A DNA stretch of 32,000 nucleotides from Nitrososphaerota archaeon (GTDB lineage Archaea; Thermoproteota; Nitrososphaeria; Nitrososphaerales; Nitrosopumilaceae), in assembly GCA_021325595.1 (NCBI GenBank), contig JAJPGX010000030.1, forward strand, positions 47,824 through 79,823, written 5' to 3'. Shown here piece after piece: positions 1-8,927 of this stretch (position 1 is its first letter; the number at the start of each line of letters is the position of its first letter). The position numbers were made by a program, and so were the translations under genes. The notes under the pieces are model-generated. The model was not told where the DNA came from and did no database searches. It worked only from the letters and a program-made list of their open reading frames with translations.

Positions 1-1
1 G

Positions 2-1156
2 GGAGTGGCGCAAATTGTTGTAGTGGGTGCTGATAATCTCAAGCAAGTAGCCAATCTTAATCGTCAAAGTGTTGTTTGTATATCTGGTATAATACAAGAA
101 TCAAAAGCAAGAGATTTTGCATATGAGATAAAAGCAGAAAAAATTGAAATTTTGTCACGTGCTGTTCACCCACTTCCAATAGACCCCATTGGAAGACTGG
201 AAAGTAACATTGACAACAGATTAAATGCAAGAGCACTAGATCTTAGAAATCAAAAAACTGCTTCCATCTTCAAGATACGTCATCATGTTCTTTTATCTAT
301 TAGAAAAACACTTTCAGAGCTTGGTTTTCTTGAAGTTAACACACCAAAAATTATTGGTAGTGCAAGTGAGGGAGGAGCTAATTTATTTTCATTAAAATAT
401 TTTGAAAAGCAGGCATATCTTGCACAAAGCCCACAACTTTACAAAGAACAATTAACACTTGGTTTGGAAAAAATATTTGAGATTGCCTCATTTTATAGGG
501 CAGAAAAATCGCATACAGTACGTCACCTTACTGAATTTACAAGTGTTGACATTGAAGCTGCGTTTCTTGATTATGCCGATGTGATGGAAATTCTTGAAAA
601 ATTAATATCGTCTGTATTTGAACACGTAGAAAAAAATTGCATACAAGAACAAAAAACACTTGGCATCGAGATCAGAAAACCTAAAACACCGTTTGAAAGA
701 ATCTCCTATAAACAAGCAATTGAAGAACTCTCAAAACGCGATATCTCGCTTACATTTGGCGATGATCTTATGGATTCTCATCTTAGGACATTAGGTGAGG
801 TTCATCCAGGATTTTACTTTTTAATGGACTGGCCTATGAAATTAAAGCCATTTTATATACATGAAAAAGAAGACAATCCTGACGTATCCAAATCATTTGA
901 TCTTCAATATGGTTATCTTGAGCTGTCATCTGGAGGACAAAGACTGTACGATCCTGCTAAAATTCGTTCAAGACTAATAGAACAAGGATTAAACCCATCT
1001 CAATTCGAAGATCATCTCAAAACGTTTGATTGGGGCATGCCACCCCATTCTGGTTGGGGGTTGGGGCTTGACAGGCTCATGTCGATCATAACAAAAATAG
1101 ATAATGTGCGTGAAGTTGTTTTATATCCACGTGACCCAGAACGATTGTTTCCGTAA
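2..1156 (+). CDS. aspS: aspartyl-tRNA synthetase, archaeal/eukaryal type (class IIb); N-terminus cut off by window edge
   Basis: The reading frame is open to the left edge. Class II motifs are visible in the translation: QSPQLYKEQL, FYRAE, SSGGQR, GWGLGLDRL. Confidence 0.9.
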   Translation, partial: GVAQIVVVGADNLKQVANLNRQSVVCISGIIQESKARDFAYEIKAEKIEILSRAVHPLPIDPIGRLESNIDNRLNARALDLRNQKTASIFKIRHHVLLSIRKTLSELGFLEVNTPKIIGSASEGGANLFSLKYFEKQAYLAQSPQLYKEQLTLGLEKIFEIASFYRAEKSHTVRHLTEFTSVDIEAAFLDYADVMEILEKLISSVFEHVEKNCIQEQKTLGIEIRKPKTPFERISYKQAIEELSKRDISLTFGDDLMDSHLRTLGEVHPGFYFLMDWPMKLKPFYIHEKEDNPDVSKSFDLQYGYLELSSGGQRLYDPAKIRSRLIEQGLNPSQFEDHLKTFDWGMPPHSGWGLGLDRLMSIITKIDNVREVVLYPRDPERLFP

Positions 1157-1188
1157 AAAGATAAATCTTGATTTTACGACAATAATTT

Positions 1189-1530
1189 GTGCAACAATGT
1201 GACTTTTGTGGTTCAGATTTTGGTGATAGAACGTGCTATTTTTGTGAAAAGCATTGTTGCACATCATGTATGACAGATGATAGAACAAGATGCAAGAAAT
1301 GCTATATCGGTAAACGAAAGCTTGGCTGGCGTGTATTCAAGCGCAATAAAATACTTCTCGGGTTTCTTGCTTTTGTATGGGCATACACTGTATTTCCAGT
1401 TCCCTTCATCAAGGGCATAGATCCTACATTTTACTGGATCTCTCTGAGTGTTGCAATTATGATAATGATTCCGCTGGGGCTGGCGATGTTTTTTTGGTCG
1501 CGTGAGCCACCTGCATCAGATATTAAATGA
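1189..1530 (+). CDS. small membrane protein with N-terminal multi-Cys zinc-ribbon domain and two predicted TM helices
   Basis: GTG start. The N-terminus reads CDFC-x8-CYFC-x3-CC-x2-C-x8-CKKC. It is followed by two hydrophobic stretches (ILLGFLAFVWAYTVFPVPF and YWISLSVAIMIMIPLGLAMFFW). The 3' end overlaps the leuB 3' end by 8 nt (convergent). Confidence 0.6.
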   Translation: MQQCDFCGSDFGDRTCYFCEKHCCTSCMTDDRTRCKKCYIGKRKLGWRVFKRNKILLGFLAFVWAYTVFPVPFIKGIDPTFYWISLSVAIMIMIPLGLAMFFWSREPPASDIK

Positions 1531-2539
1531 TTCTTGAAACTACTTGTTGAGTAAACTCAGAAGTTGTTTTGCTGCCACCGATGTCTTTGGTTTTTATTCC
1601 TTCTTTGACAATTCCATATACTGCATCCTCAATTTTCTGTGCTGCTTGGCAACATCTTTTATCATTGTTTTTCATACCGAGCCATTCAAACATCATTTTT
1701 GTAGAAAGAATAAAAGAGGATGGATTGGCAGCTTGTTTTCCTGCTATGTCAAACGCAGCTCCGTGTACTGGTTCAAACAATGCAAAGTTATCTCCTATGT
1801 TTGCAGCAGGTGCCATTCCTAATCCTCCTACGACTTGGGCAGCCTCATCTGATAATATATCCCCAAACAAGTTTGTAGTTACTATGACATCAAAAGACTC
1901 TGGCTGTCGAATTAAATTCATGGAACATGCATCAACATACATCTGTTCAAATTTTATTCCTGGATAGGTTTCAGATACTTCTTGACAGGTTCTTGAAAAC
2001 AGTCCATCTGTTTTTCTCATTACATTTGCCTTGTGCACGCATGTTACTTTTTTCTGCTTGTTTCGCTGTTGTGCAGTCAAAAATGCATATTTTGCAATCC
2101 TTTCAGATGCCTTTTTTGAAATTGTACGTAGTGCAATAGATGTATCTCCAACATCAAACTCCATGCCAGTGTATAGATCCTCTGTATTTTCCCTGACAAT
2201 TATCATGTCGATGTTATCTTTTAATGAAGGCATGTTTGGATATGATTTTGCAGGTCGTATGTTTGCATAAAGATCTAGGTATCTTCTAAGAACTATAATG
2301 ACATCCGCAGCGCTTTCTCCAACCGGTGCCTTTAAACAAGCATTGGATTTTTTTACCGTATCCAGAACATATTCCGGTAATGCCTTACCAGTTTTTTTAA
2401 GAGATATGTCACCTGCTTCTAATTCTGTAACTTTTACTTTCACGCCTAGTTTGTCATTTACTGCGTTTAGAACCTGGAGAACTGAATGTGATATTTCAGG
2501 ACCTATGCCGTCTCCAGTTATCAATGATATCTGGTACAT
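1523..2539 (-). CDS. leuB: 3-isopropylmalate dehydrogenase family (beta-decarboxylating dehydrogenase)
   Basis: 338 aa. It contains ITGDGIGPE, RENTEDLY and NLFGDILSDEAAQVVGGLGMAPAANIG. It abuts the leuA stop with no gap. IPMDH cannot be told from homoisocitrate or isocitrate dehydrogenase specificity by eye. Confidence 0.85.
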   Translation of the reverse strand: MYQISLITGDGIGPEISHSVLQVLNAVNDKLGVKVKVTELEAGDISLKKTGKALPEYVLDTVKKSNACLKAPVGESAADVIIVLRRYLDLYANIRPAKSYPNMPSLKDNIDMIIVRENTEDLYTGMEFDVGDTSIALRTISKKASERIAKYAFLTAQQRNKQKKVTCVHKANVMRKTDGLFSRTCQEVSETYPGIKFEQMYVDACSMNLIRQPESFDVIVTTNLFGDILSDEAAQVVGGLGMAPAANIGDNFALFEPVHGAAFDIAGKQAANPSSFILSTKMMFEWLGMKNNDKRCCQAAQKIEDAVYGIVKEGIKTKDIGGSKTTSEFTQQVVSRII

Positions 2540-4057
2540 TTACGGTCCCAAGTTTTTCTGTTTGAGAATTTTCTTAAGCATGATTCTGTTTATGCCATCA
2601 ATCATTGCCTGTACGCTTGTGATGACGATATCTTCACCAATTGATTTTGCAGAAGCTTGATTGCCATAAACATCTTCTACCTTGATAGTTACTTCACATA
2701 ATGCCTCTGAGCCGCCTGAAATAGAATCTAATCTGTAATCTTTTATTCGTACTTTGGCAATTTCTCCGGTTATCTTTTGAATTGCGTTAATAGATGCATC
2801 TACTGGTCCTACCCCATAATCAGTGCTTATGAAATCTTTTCCTTCCACGTTTAATTTTACAAATGCGTATGGCATGTTTCCAATTCCAGTTGAGACAGAA
2901 AATCCTGTCAAGTGAACAAGTCTCTTTAATCCTTGCTGTTGCATAATCTCTCCAGTTATGGCAAGTAATTCTACATCTGTTACATGTTTTCCTTGATCAC
3001 CTAATTTCTTTACTCTCTCCAAGATCTCATGAGTTTGTTCTTTGCTTGGTTGTATTCCATATTCTTCAAGCATTGCAGATATTCCATGCGCGCCGGCATG
3101 TTTTCCTACTTGGAACCATCTTGTCCTTCCTACTAGTTCTGGACTGATTGGTTCGTATGTCAATGGGTTACTAAGTACTCCATGGGTATGTATGCCTGAT
3201 TCATGACCAAAGGCATTCTCCCCTACAATGGCTTTGTTTGGTTGTACTTGAACTCCGACTATTTTTGAAATATATCTTGATGTCTCGTAGAGTAATTGAG
3301 TATTGATATTGGTTTCATACTTCTTATCAAATTGAAGACACTGTAATGACATGACAAACTCTTCAAGAGATGCATTTCCAGCTCTTTCTCCTATTCCGTT
3401 AATTGTTACATGCGCACATTGTGCTCCTGCCTGAATTGATGATATTGCATTTGCCACAGCTAGTCCAAAATCGTTGTGACAATGAACACTAACTGGTAAA
3501 TGCGTAGCTTCCACGGTGTCTTTTGTAATGGCAGCAATGTATTGTGGTGTGGAATATCCTACTGTGTCAGGTATGTCTATTCTGTCTGCGCCTGCTTCAG
3601 CTACTGTTTTGAAAACTTTTTTTAAGAATTCTCTGTCAGTTCGAGTTGCATCCTCTGCTGAAAATTCAACTTTTAATCCACATGATTTAGCGTACTGCAC
3701 TGCTTCTACTGCCTTTGCTAATGCTTGTTCCCTTGATAATTTCAATTTGTATTTTAGATGAATGTCTGAAGTTGCGATGAATGTATGTATGTAGTTTAAT
3801 CCAGCTGATATTGCTGCATCAATATCTTTTTTCTCAGTTCTTGCCAATCCGCAAATCTCAGCTTTGAGGTTTGCGCTTGTTATTGATTTTATTGCCTTCA
3901 TTTCACCTTCTGAAATTATTGGAAATCCTGCTTCTATTGCATCTACCCCTAGCGCATCTAATCTTTGAGCTATTGCTAGCTTTTGCTCCGGCGTCAAAGC
4001 TACTCCGGGAGTCTGTTCTCCATCCCTTAATGTGGTATCAAATATTCTAACCTTCAT
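2540..4057 (-). CDS. leuA: 2-isopropylmalate synthase / citramalate synthase family (with C-terminal LeuA-type regulatory domain)
   Basis: 505 aa. N-terminus is IFDTTLRDGEQTPGV, and HCHNDFGLAVANA and GERAGNASLEE are present. A C-terminal regulatory domain of about 120 aa is present. The start overlaps the ilvN stop by 4 nt. Confidence 0.85.
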   Translation of the reverse strand: MKVRIFDTTLRDGEQTPGVALTPEQKLAIAQRLDALGVDAIEAGFPIISEGEMKAIKSITSANLKAEICGLARTEKKDIDAAISAGLNYIHTFIATSDIHLKYKLKLSREQALAKAVEAVQYAKSCGLKVEFSAEDATRTDREFLKKVFKTVAEAGADRIDIPDTVGYSTPQYIAAITKDTVEATHLPVSVHCHNDFGLAVANAISSIQAGAQCAHVTINGIGERAGNASLEEFVMSLQCLQFDKKYETNINTQLLYETSRYISKIVGVQVQPNKAIVGENAFGHESGIHTHGVLSNPLTYEPISPELVGRTRWFQVGKHAGAHGISAMLEEYGIQPSKEQTHEILERVKKLGDQGKHVTDVELLAITGEIMQQQGLKRLVHLTGFSVSTGIGNMPYAFVKLNVEGKDFISTDYGVGPVDASINAIQKITGEIAKVRIKDYRLDSISGGSEALCEVTIKVEDVYGNQASAKSIGEDIVITSVQAMIDGINRIMLKKILKQKNLGP

Positions 4058-4539
4058 TGGTCATGCCCTCTTTCTAACGCACATATTCCAGTTCGTGATA
4101 TTTCGAGGATTCCGTATCCCTTGACCAGTTCTTCAAACGCGTTTATTCTATCTGGTGTAGATGTGATTTCTATTATGATGGATGACTTTCTTACATCATG
4201 AACATCGCACTTGAACGCATTTGCTAGGTCTGTTATCTCTTTGATATCACTTGGTTTGTTTATTCTAATTTTCATCAAGACTAGCTCACGATAAATACTC
4301 TTTTTCTCATCTAATAGCTTTACTTCCACCGTATCTATGAGCTTGTCTAGTTGTTTTAGTATCTGGGTTAATTGCTTCTCTTCTGCGGCAGTAGTTATCG
4401 TCATCCTGGAAAACTCTGGATTTTCAGTTATACCAACTGATATACTATCTATATTGTAATTTCTTGATCTAAATAGGTGTGTAATCTTAAACAAGACACC
4501 AGGTTTGTTTTCTACTAGTACGGAAATTATGGACCACAT
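4054..4539 (-). CDS. ilvN: acetolactate synthase small (regulatory) subunit, ACT domain
   Basis: 161 aa. The N-terminus ISVLVENKPGVLFKITHLFRSRNYNIDSISVG is typical of IlvH/IlvN. It lies 9 nt downstream of ilvB. Confidence 0.85.
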   Translation of the reverse strand: MWSIISVLVENKPGVLFKITHLFRSRNYNIDSISVGITENPEFSRMTITTAAEEKQLTQILKQLDKLIDTVEVKLLDEKKSIYRELVLMKIRINKPSDIKEITDLANAFKCDVHDVRKSSIIIEITSTPDRINAFEELVKGYGILEISRTGICALERGHDQ

Positions 4540-4548
4540 ATGAATACC

Positions 4549-6234
4549 CTAAGATGGTAATATCATATCCTTTAGTGATGTACCAGGAGCCACAAACGGC
4601 AACACATCTTCTTGTGGATCTATTGGTATGTCAATAACAGTGGCAATATCACTTTTGAGAGCTGTCTGTACTGCTTTTCCTACATCATCTAATGTTTCGG
4701 CACGAATGCCTTGGGCTCCATAAGCTTCAGCTATCTTGACATAGTCTGGGCAATTCTTGAGATCCACTCCTATCATTCTTCTATCATAGAATGTTCTTTG
4801 CCACTGGGCTACCATTCCAAGTGAAAAGTTATTCATAACAAACACAATTACTGGTAAATTGTCCAATACTGATGTAGCAAGTGAGTTTTCTGTCATGTTG
4901 AAACTTCCTTCGCCTGCAATGTCTACTACAGGAACTTGCGGTTTTGCAGCTTTTGCTCCTATTGCTGCGGGAAATCCCCATCCCATAGTTCCAAGTCCTG
5001 TTGAGCTAAAGAAAGTTCCTGGTTGTATTACATCAAAAAATAAGGACGCCCACATCTGATGCTGGCCTACTTCTGTAGTAACAATTGATTCAGCTGGTAA
5101 TACCTCTCTTAACTTACGTAATAACTTGGCAGCACCCAATGGATGTGGATGTAATTTTAGATTCTGTCTAAAGTATTCCTTTGTTTCATTTACTCTCTTA
5201 TTCCAAGGAGTGTCAGTTCGTTTTATTGCTCTCTGAATTAACATTTTTACCATTATTCTAAGCGATGTCCTAACATCTCCTATCACAGCTACATGTGTTG
5301 TCTGGTTCTTGCCAATCTCTGCTGGATCCACATCCATGTGTATTATTTTCAAATTTTTCTCAAATTCTTCAAAAGTCCCGACTGACCTGTCTGAGAATCT
5401 TGAACCACAAGCAAGCACACAATCTGCCTCTGTCATCATCTTGTTGGCCTCAGCATGACCATGCATTCCTATTGGACCTAATGATAAAATGTGATTCTCA
5501 GGAAATGATCCTTTTCCTTTAAAGGTAGTTACAACAGGTATCATCAATAATTCTGCTAATGATTGAAGTTCAGCAAAGGCTGATGAAATTATAACACCAC
5601 CGCCTGCAAGAATAATTGGCCTCTCAGCAGATAATAGCATGTCTATTGCTCTTTCTATCTTTGTTATGTCTGGGTCAATCCAAGGATGATATCCTCTTAC
5701 CTTTACTTCGGTTGGAAATGGAATCTCAGCTTCATTTTGTTGGACATCTTTTGGAATATCGATTAAGACGGGACCGGGTCTTCCGGTAGCTGAAATATAG
5801 AATGCTTTCTTTACCACTTCAGGAATTTCAGTAGGACTCATTGGCTGAAACGCATATTTGACAATAGGGTTCGTAATTCCAATTATGTCACTTTCTTGAA
5901 AGGCATCTTTTCCTATCATTTTTGAAGGAACTTGACCAGTTACAGCAATCATTGGTGCAGAATCCGCTTGTGCAGTAGCAATACCTGTTACAATATTGGT
6001 AGCACCAGGACCTGATGTTGCAAAACATACCCCTGGTCTCCTGCTTACTCTGCCGTAACCATCTGCCATGTGTGAAGCAGATTGTTCGTGTCTTACCAAT
6101 ATGTGACGGATGTTACTTTTGTATAACTCATCGTAGATTGGTAAATTTGCTCCACCTGGAAGTCCGAAGACGATATCTACGCCTTCTTTTTCCAACGCAA
6201 CCATTAAAGATCTAGCACCCGACATTTTTTCCAT
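4549..6234 (-). CDS. ilvB: acetolactate synthase large (catalytic) subunit, ThDP-dependent
   Basis: Contains GVDIVFGLPGG, and the ThDP motif IAGEGSFNM...N. The track start at 6252 is a TTG lying inside a T-run. The ATG at 6234 (or 6225) fits a TATA-like TAAAATA about 30 nt upstream, so I placed the start there. Confidence 0.9.
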   Translation of the reverse strand: MEKMSGARSLMVALEKEGVDIVFGLPGGANLPIYDELYKSNIRHILVRHEQSASHMADGYGRVSRRPGVCFATSGPGATNIVTGIATAQADSAPMIAVTGQVPSKMIGKDAFQESDIIGITNPIVKYAFQPMSPTEIPEVVKKAFYISATGRPGPVLIDIPKDVQQNEAEIPFPTEVKVRGYHPWIDPDITKIERAIDMLLSAERPIILAGGGVIISSAFAELQSLAELLMIPVVTTFKGKGSFPENHILSLGPIGMHGHAEANKMMTEADCVLACGSRFSDRSVGTFEEFEKNLKIIHMDVDPAEIGKNQTTHVAVIGDVRTSLRIMVKMLIQRAIKRTDTPWNKRVNETKEYFRQNLKLHPHPLGAAKLLRKLREVLPAESIVTTEVGQHQMWASLFFDVIQPGTFFSSTGLGTMGWGFPAAIGAKAAKPQVPVVDIAGEGSFNMTENSLATSVLDNLPVIVFVMNNFSLGMVAQWQRTFYDRRMIGVDLKNCPDYVKIAEAYGAQGIRAETLDDVGKAVQTALKSDIATVIDIPIDPQEDVLPFVAPGTSLKDMILPS

Positions 6235-6255
6235 AATTTTTAATCTCTCCAAAAA

Positions 6256-6272
6256 TGCTGTATTTTACAGCA
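6256..6272 (-). promoter_or_regulatory. perfect 7-3-7 palindrome TGCTGTA-AAA-TACAGCA over the expected ilvB TATA position, followed by T5
   Basis: The arms are exact inverted repeats. The centre is 30 nt upstream of the ATG at 6234. This is either an operator/TATA element or a terminator-like hairpin. Confidence 0.45.
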
Positions 6273-6486
6273 GAATATCGACTAGCAACGTGATACTTGA
6301 AATAGTTGCCAAGCCTCCTAACTTCATAAGTCTATCATTTTGCGTTGAAAATAACTAATAAATATTTCTGGTAAATTTTGCTCAAAAATACGAATAATTG
6401 CATTCTAGTATGAGATTTTTACATATGTATGGTATTGGTACGCTCCAGAAGACTTAAACTGGTACTATCTAAACCAATATTCGATT

Positions 6487-6891
6487 TTGAGCGGCAAGGA
6501 CGAAATTACTGAAATAATTCATACTTTCTTTACTGCAGGAAAAACCAAAAACCTTGCTCCACTAAGTGTGATACAACTAGACGATGCAAGATTTTCTAGT
6601 TACAGCGATGTACCGCCATTGGATCTAAAAGACTTTGCAACAACTTTTGCATTACAACAATTAAGGTTTGTAAGCATCTCAGACTATGAATATGAATTAA
6701 AAAATCTCAGAATTGATCTTTTCGATAACTTTGCTATAGTAACCTTTCTAGTAAAACAAACTGGGATGATTGTAGACAATTATAGTTTTAGAGGAGAGCA
6801 TATTTCCATGACGAGTAGAGCAAGTTTTGTATTGACAAAGACTTCAAAATGGAAGATAGTTCACTTGCACCTGTCTAAATATTCTGATTAA
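6487..6891 (+). CDS. NTF2-like (SnoaL/DUF4440-like) small protein, function unknown
   Basis: 134 aa with a TTG start. Length and the alternating beta-strand pattern at the C-terminus (ASFVLTKTSKWKIVHLHLS) are typical of the NTF2-like fold. This is a weak by-eye call. The 3' end overlaps the aldolase gene end by 4 nt. Confidence 0.45.
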   Translation: MSGKDEITEIIHTFFTAGKTKNLAPLSVIQLDDARFSSYSDVPPLDLKDFATTFALQQLRFVSISDYEYELKNLRIDLFDNFAIVTFLVKQTGMIVDNYSFRGEHISMTSRASFVLTKTSKWKIVHLHLSKYSD

Positions 6892-7742
6892 GCAGATTTA
6901 GCCTTGGCCTTTTTTGGTTTTTTTTCTTTAATTTCCTTCTTGGTTGGAGTCTCACCACCTTTGTTCTTCAAGAATATTTCATGTGCTTCTTTCACCTTGA
7001 CGTTTTGATGTACAATTGCTTTAACTGCCTTGATCATTGCTACAGGATATTCTGATTGCCAGATGTTTCGTCCCATATCTACACCTGATGCACCTGCCTG
7101 AATTGCATTATAAGTTAATTGTAATGCATCAAGCTCTGTTGCAAGTTTTGGGCCACCTGCAATAATTACTGGAACTGGACATGCGTTTACAACTTTTTCA
7201 AAGTTTTCACAATAGTATGTTTTTACTAGGTGCGCTCCAAATTCTGCTGCAATTCTGCATGATAGTGCAAGGTATCTAGCATCACGTTTTTCTAATTCCT
7301 TGCCTACTGCAGTAACAGCTAACACTGGAATTCCGTACTCTTCACCTTCGTTTACTAGATTTCCCAAACTTACAAGGGATTCATGTTCATAAGGTGCACC
7401 CACAAATATTGACATTGCAAGTGCTGATGCATTTACTCTAATTGCATCTTTTATCGATGTAGTGATTTTCTCATTTGAGAGATCTTTTCCAATTATGCTG
7501 GTACCTCCTGAGACTCTTAGTACTACTGGAACAGGAAAGTTTGCATCTACTGATGTCCTCAAGACTCCCCTTGTTAACATTAATGAATCAGCATGTGGTA
7601 AAAGTGGCGTAATTGTCTTTCTTGGAACTTCTAATCTCTCTGTTGGTCCTAGAAAATATCCATGATCTACTGCTAACATTACACCGCGCCTGTCATGCGG
7701 TTTTATGATTTTAGCAAGTCTATTTTTTAATCCCCAATCCAT
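6888..7742 (-). CDS. class I aldolase of the DhnA/FbaB/ADH-synthase family, with Lys-rich C-terminal tail
   Basis: 284 aa. Contains MLAVDHGYFLGP, AHLVKTYY (candidate Schiff-base Lys), IIAGGPK and GVDMGRNIWQ. The C-terminal 25 residues are KNKGGETPTKKEIKEKKPKKAKAKSA. Confidence 0.8.
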   Translation of the reverse strand: MDWGLKNRLAKIIKPHDRRGVMLAVDHGYFLGPTERLEVPRKTITPLLPHADSLMLTRGVLRTSVDANFPVPVVLRVSGGTSIIGKDLSNEKITTSIKDAIRVNASALAMSIFVGAPYEHESLVSLGNLVNEGEEYGIPVLAVTAVGKELEKRDARYLALSCRIAAEFGAHLVKTYYCENFEKVVNACPVPVIIAGGPKLATELDALQLTYNAIQAGASGVDMGRNIWQSEYPVAMIKAVKAIVHQNVKVKEAHEIFLKNKGGETPTKKEIKEKKPKKAKAKSA

Positions 7743-7764
7743 GTATTCTCCGAAAAAATTTGCC

Positions 7765-8808
7765 TTAGTTAAGCGTTTCTGAATTTGTAATAATTATTTT
7801 CATGGAATCATTACCTTGGTGCGCATACTCTAATGCTTTCGCGGACTCTTTCAAGTCAAATCTATGTGTTATTAGTTGTTTGACATCGATTTTTCCTTCT
7901 TGGATTAGTTTTAATGCTTGATTGGTATCAGTTTCCGAAGCTGCATAGCTTGAGATTATCATTATTTCTTTAGAATATACTTTGCTCATATCAATTGACA
8001 GTTTTGCGTCTTTTGTTGGAACTCCAAACAAAATAATTATTCCACCTTTTCTTACAAAATCAATTGCCTGTTCTATAGCCTTTAGACTTCCAGTTGCAAC
8101 TATTACAATGTCTACACCTCTCCCATCTGTTTTTGAATGAATTTTTGCAAGAGCGTCTGGATCAGTTGATTTGATTGATTCTGTTATGCCAAATTTCTTT
8201 GCATAGTTTAATCGGAAATCATTTACATCAAAACAAAAAATATCGCCTAGACCAAATGCTTTGCTTAACATGAGGTGCATCATGCCAGTAGGACCAGAAC
8301 CAAGAATTGCAATTGAGTCTCCTTTTTGAAATTTGATCTTGTTCCATGCTCTAATACAACATGCTAGTGGCTCAATCATGGACGCTTCATCAAAATTTAT
8401 GTTATCTGGCAGTTTTATTATGCCACCATGTGAGACGTTCCATGCAGGCACCACGAACTCTTCCGCAAGTCCGCATGGCGACAAATTCGTCTCAGCATAT
8501 TTTTTACACATGGTTTCGTTTCCATGAGTACAAAAATGGCATGAATAGCATGGTACATGGTGATGCACAAACACTCTGTCACCTACCTTGAAGTCTTTAA
8601 CATCTGATCCGACTTTTGTAATTATACCGGAAGGCTCATGCCCTAATCTCATGGATGGTTGACTATATTTTCCATAGATCTTTTCAAGGTCAGAGCCACA
8701 TACACCACATGCTCTCATGGATACGAGAACTTCGCCATTACCGACCTGAGGTTTGTCGACATTTCTTATCTGAACATCTGCTGGACCAGATACGTATGCC
8801 GCTTTCAT
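7765..8808 (-). CDS. zinc-dependent medium-chain dehydrogenase (threonine/sorbitol dehydrogenase-like)
   Basis: 347 aa. Catalytic zinc motifs CGVCGSD and GHEPSG are present. The structural zinc motif is CYSCHFCTHGNETMC, and the Rossmann motif is ILGSGPTG. Confidence 0.85.
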   Translation of the reverse strand: MKAAYVSGPADVQIRNVDKPQVGNGEVLVSMRACGVCGSDLEKIYGKYSQPSMRLGHEPSGIITKVGSDVKDFKVGDRVFVHHHVPCYSCHFCTHGNETMCKKYAETNLSPCGLAEEFVVPAWNVSHGGIIKLPDNINFDEASMIEPLACCIRAWNKIKFQKGDSIAILGSGPTGMMHLMLSKAFGLGDIFCFDVNDFRLNYAKKFGITESIKSTDPDALAKIHSKTDGRGVDIVIVATGSLKAIEQAIDFVRKGGIIILFGVPTKDAKLSIDMSKVYSKEIMIISSYAASETDTNQALKLIQEGKIDVKQLITHRFDLKESAKALEYAHQGNDSMKIIITNSETLN

Positions 8809-8927
8809 ATTGAACTGAGTTTAACTTGGTGAGTATTTGTGTTATTTGCTTAGGTGTGTATCATGAACTAGATATGATTCAAGATAGTATGATGTCAATT
8901 AAATAAGGCATATTTTTGAACCTAGAC

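Noticed and set aside
1544-2660. Plus-strand track ORFs opposite leuB and the leuA 3' end (1544-1822, 1569-1967, 1927-2139, 2031-2270, 2298-2660).
   Set aside because: They are antisense shadows of a well-supported dehydrogenase gene. Their translations are low-complexity and Cys/Phe/Ser-rich with no motifs. The same reasoning applies to the other antisense ORFs listed inside leuA, ilvB, pepF, pyrG, trpA-E and ilvD.
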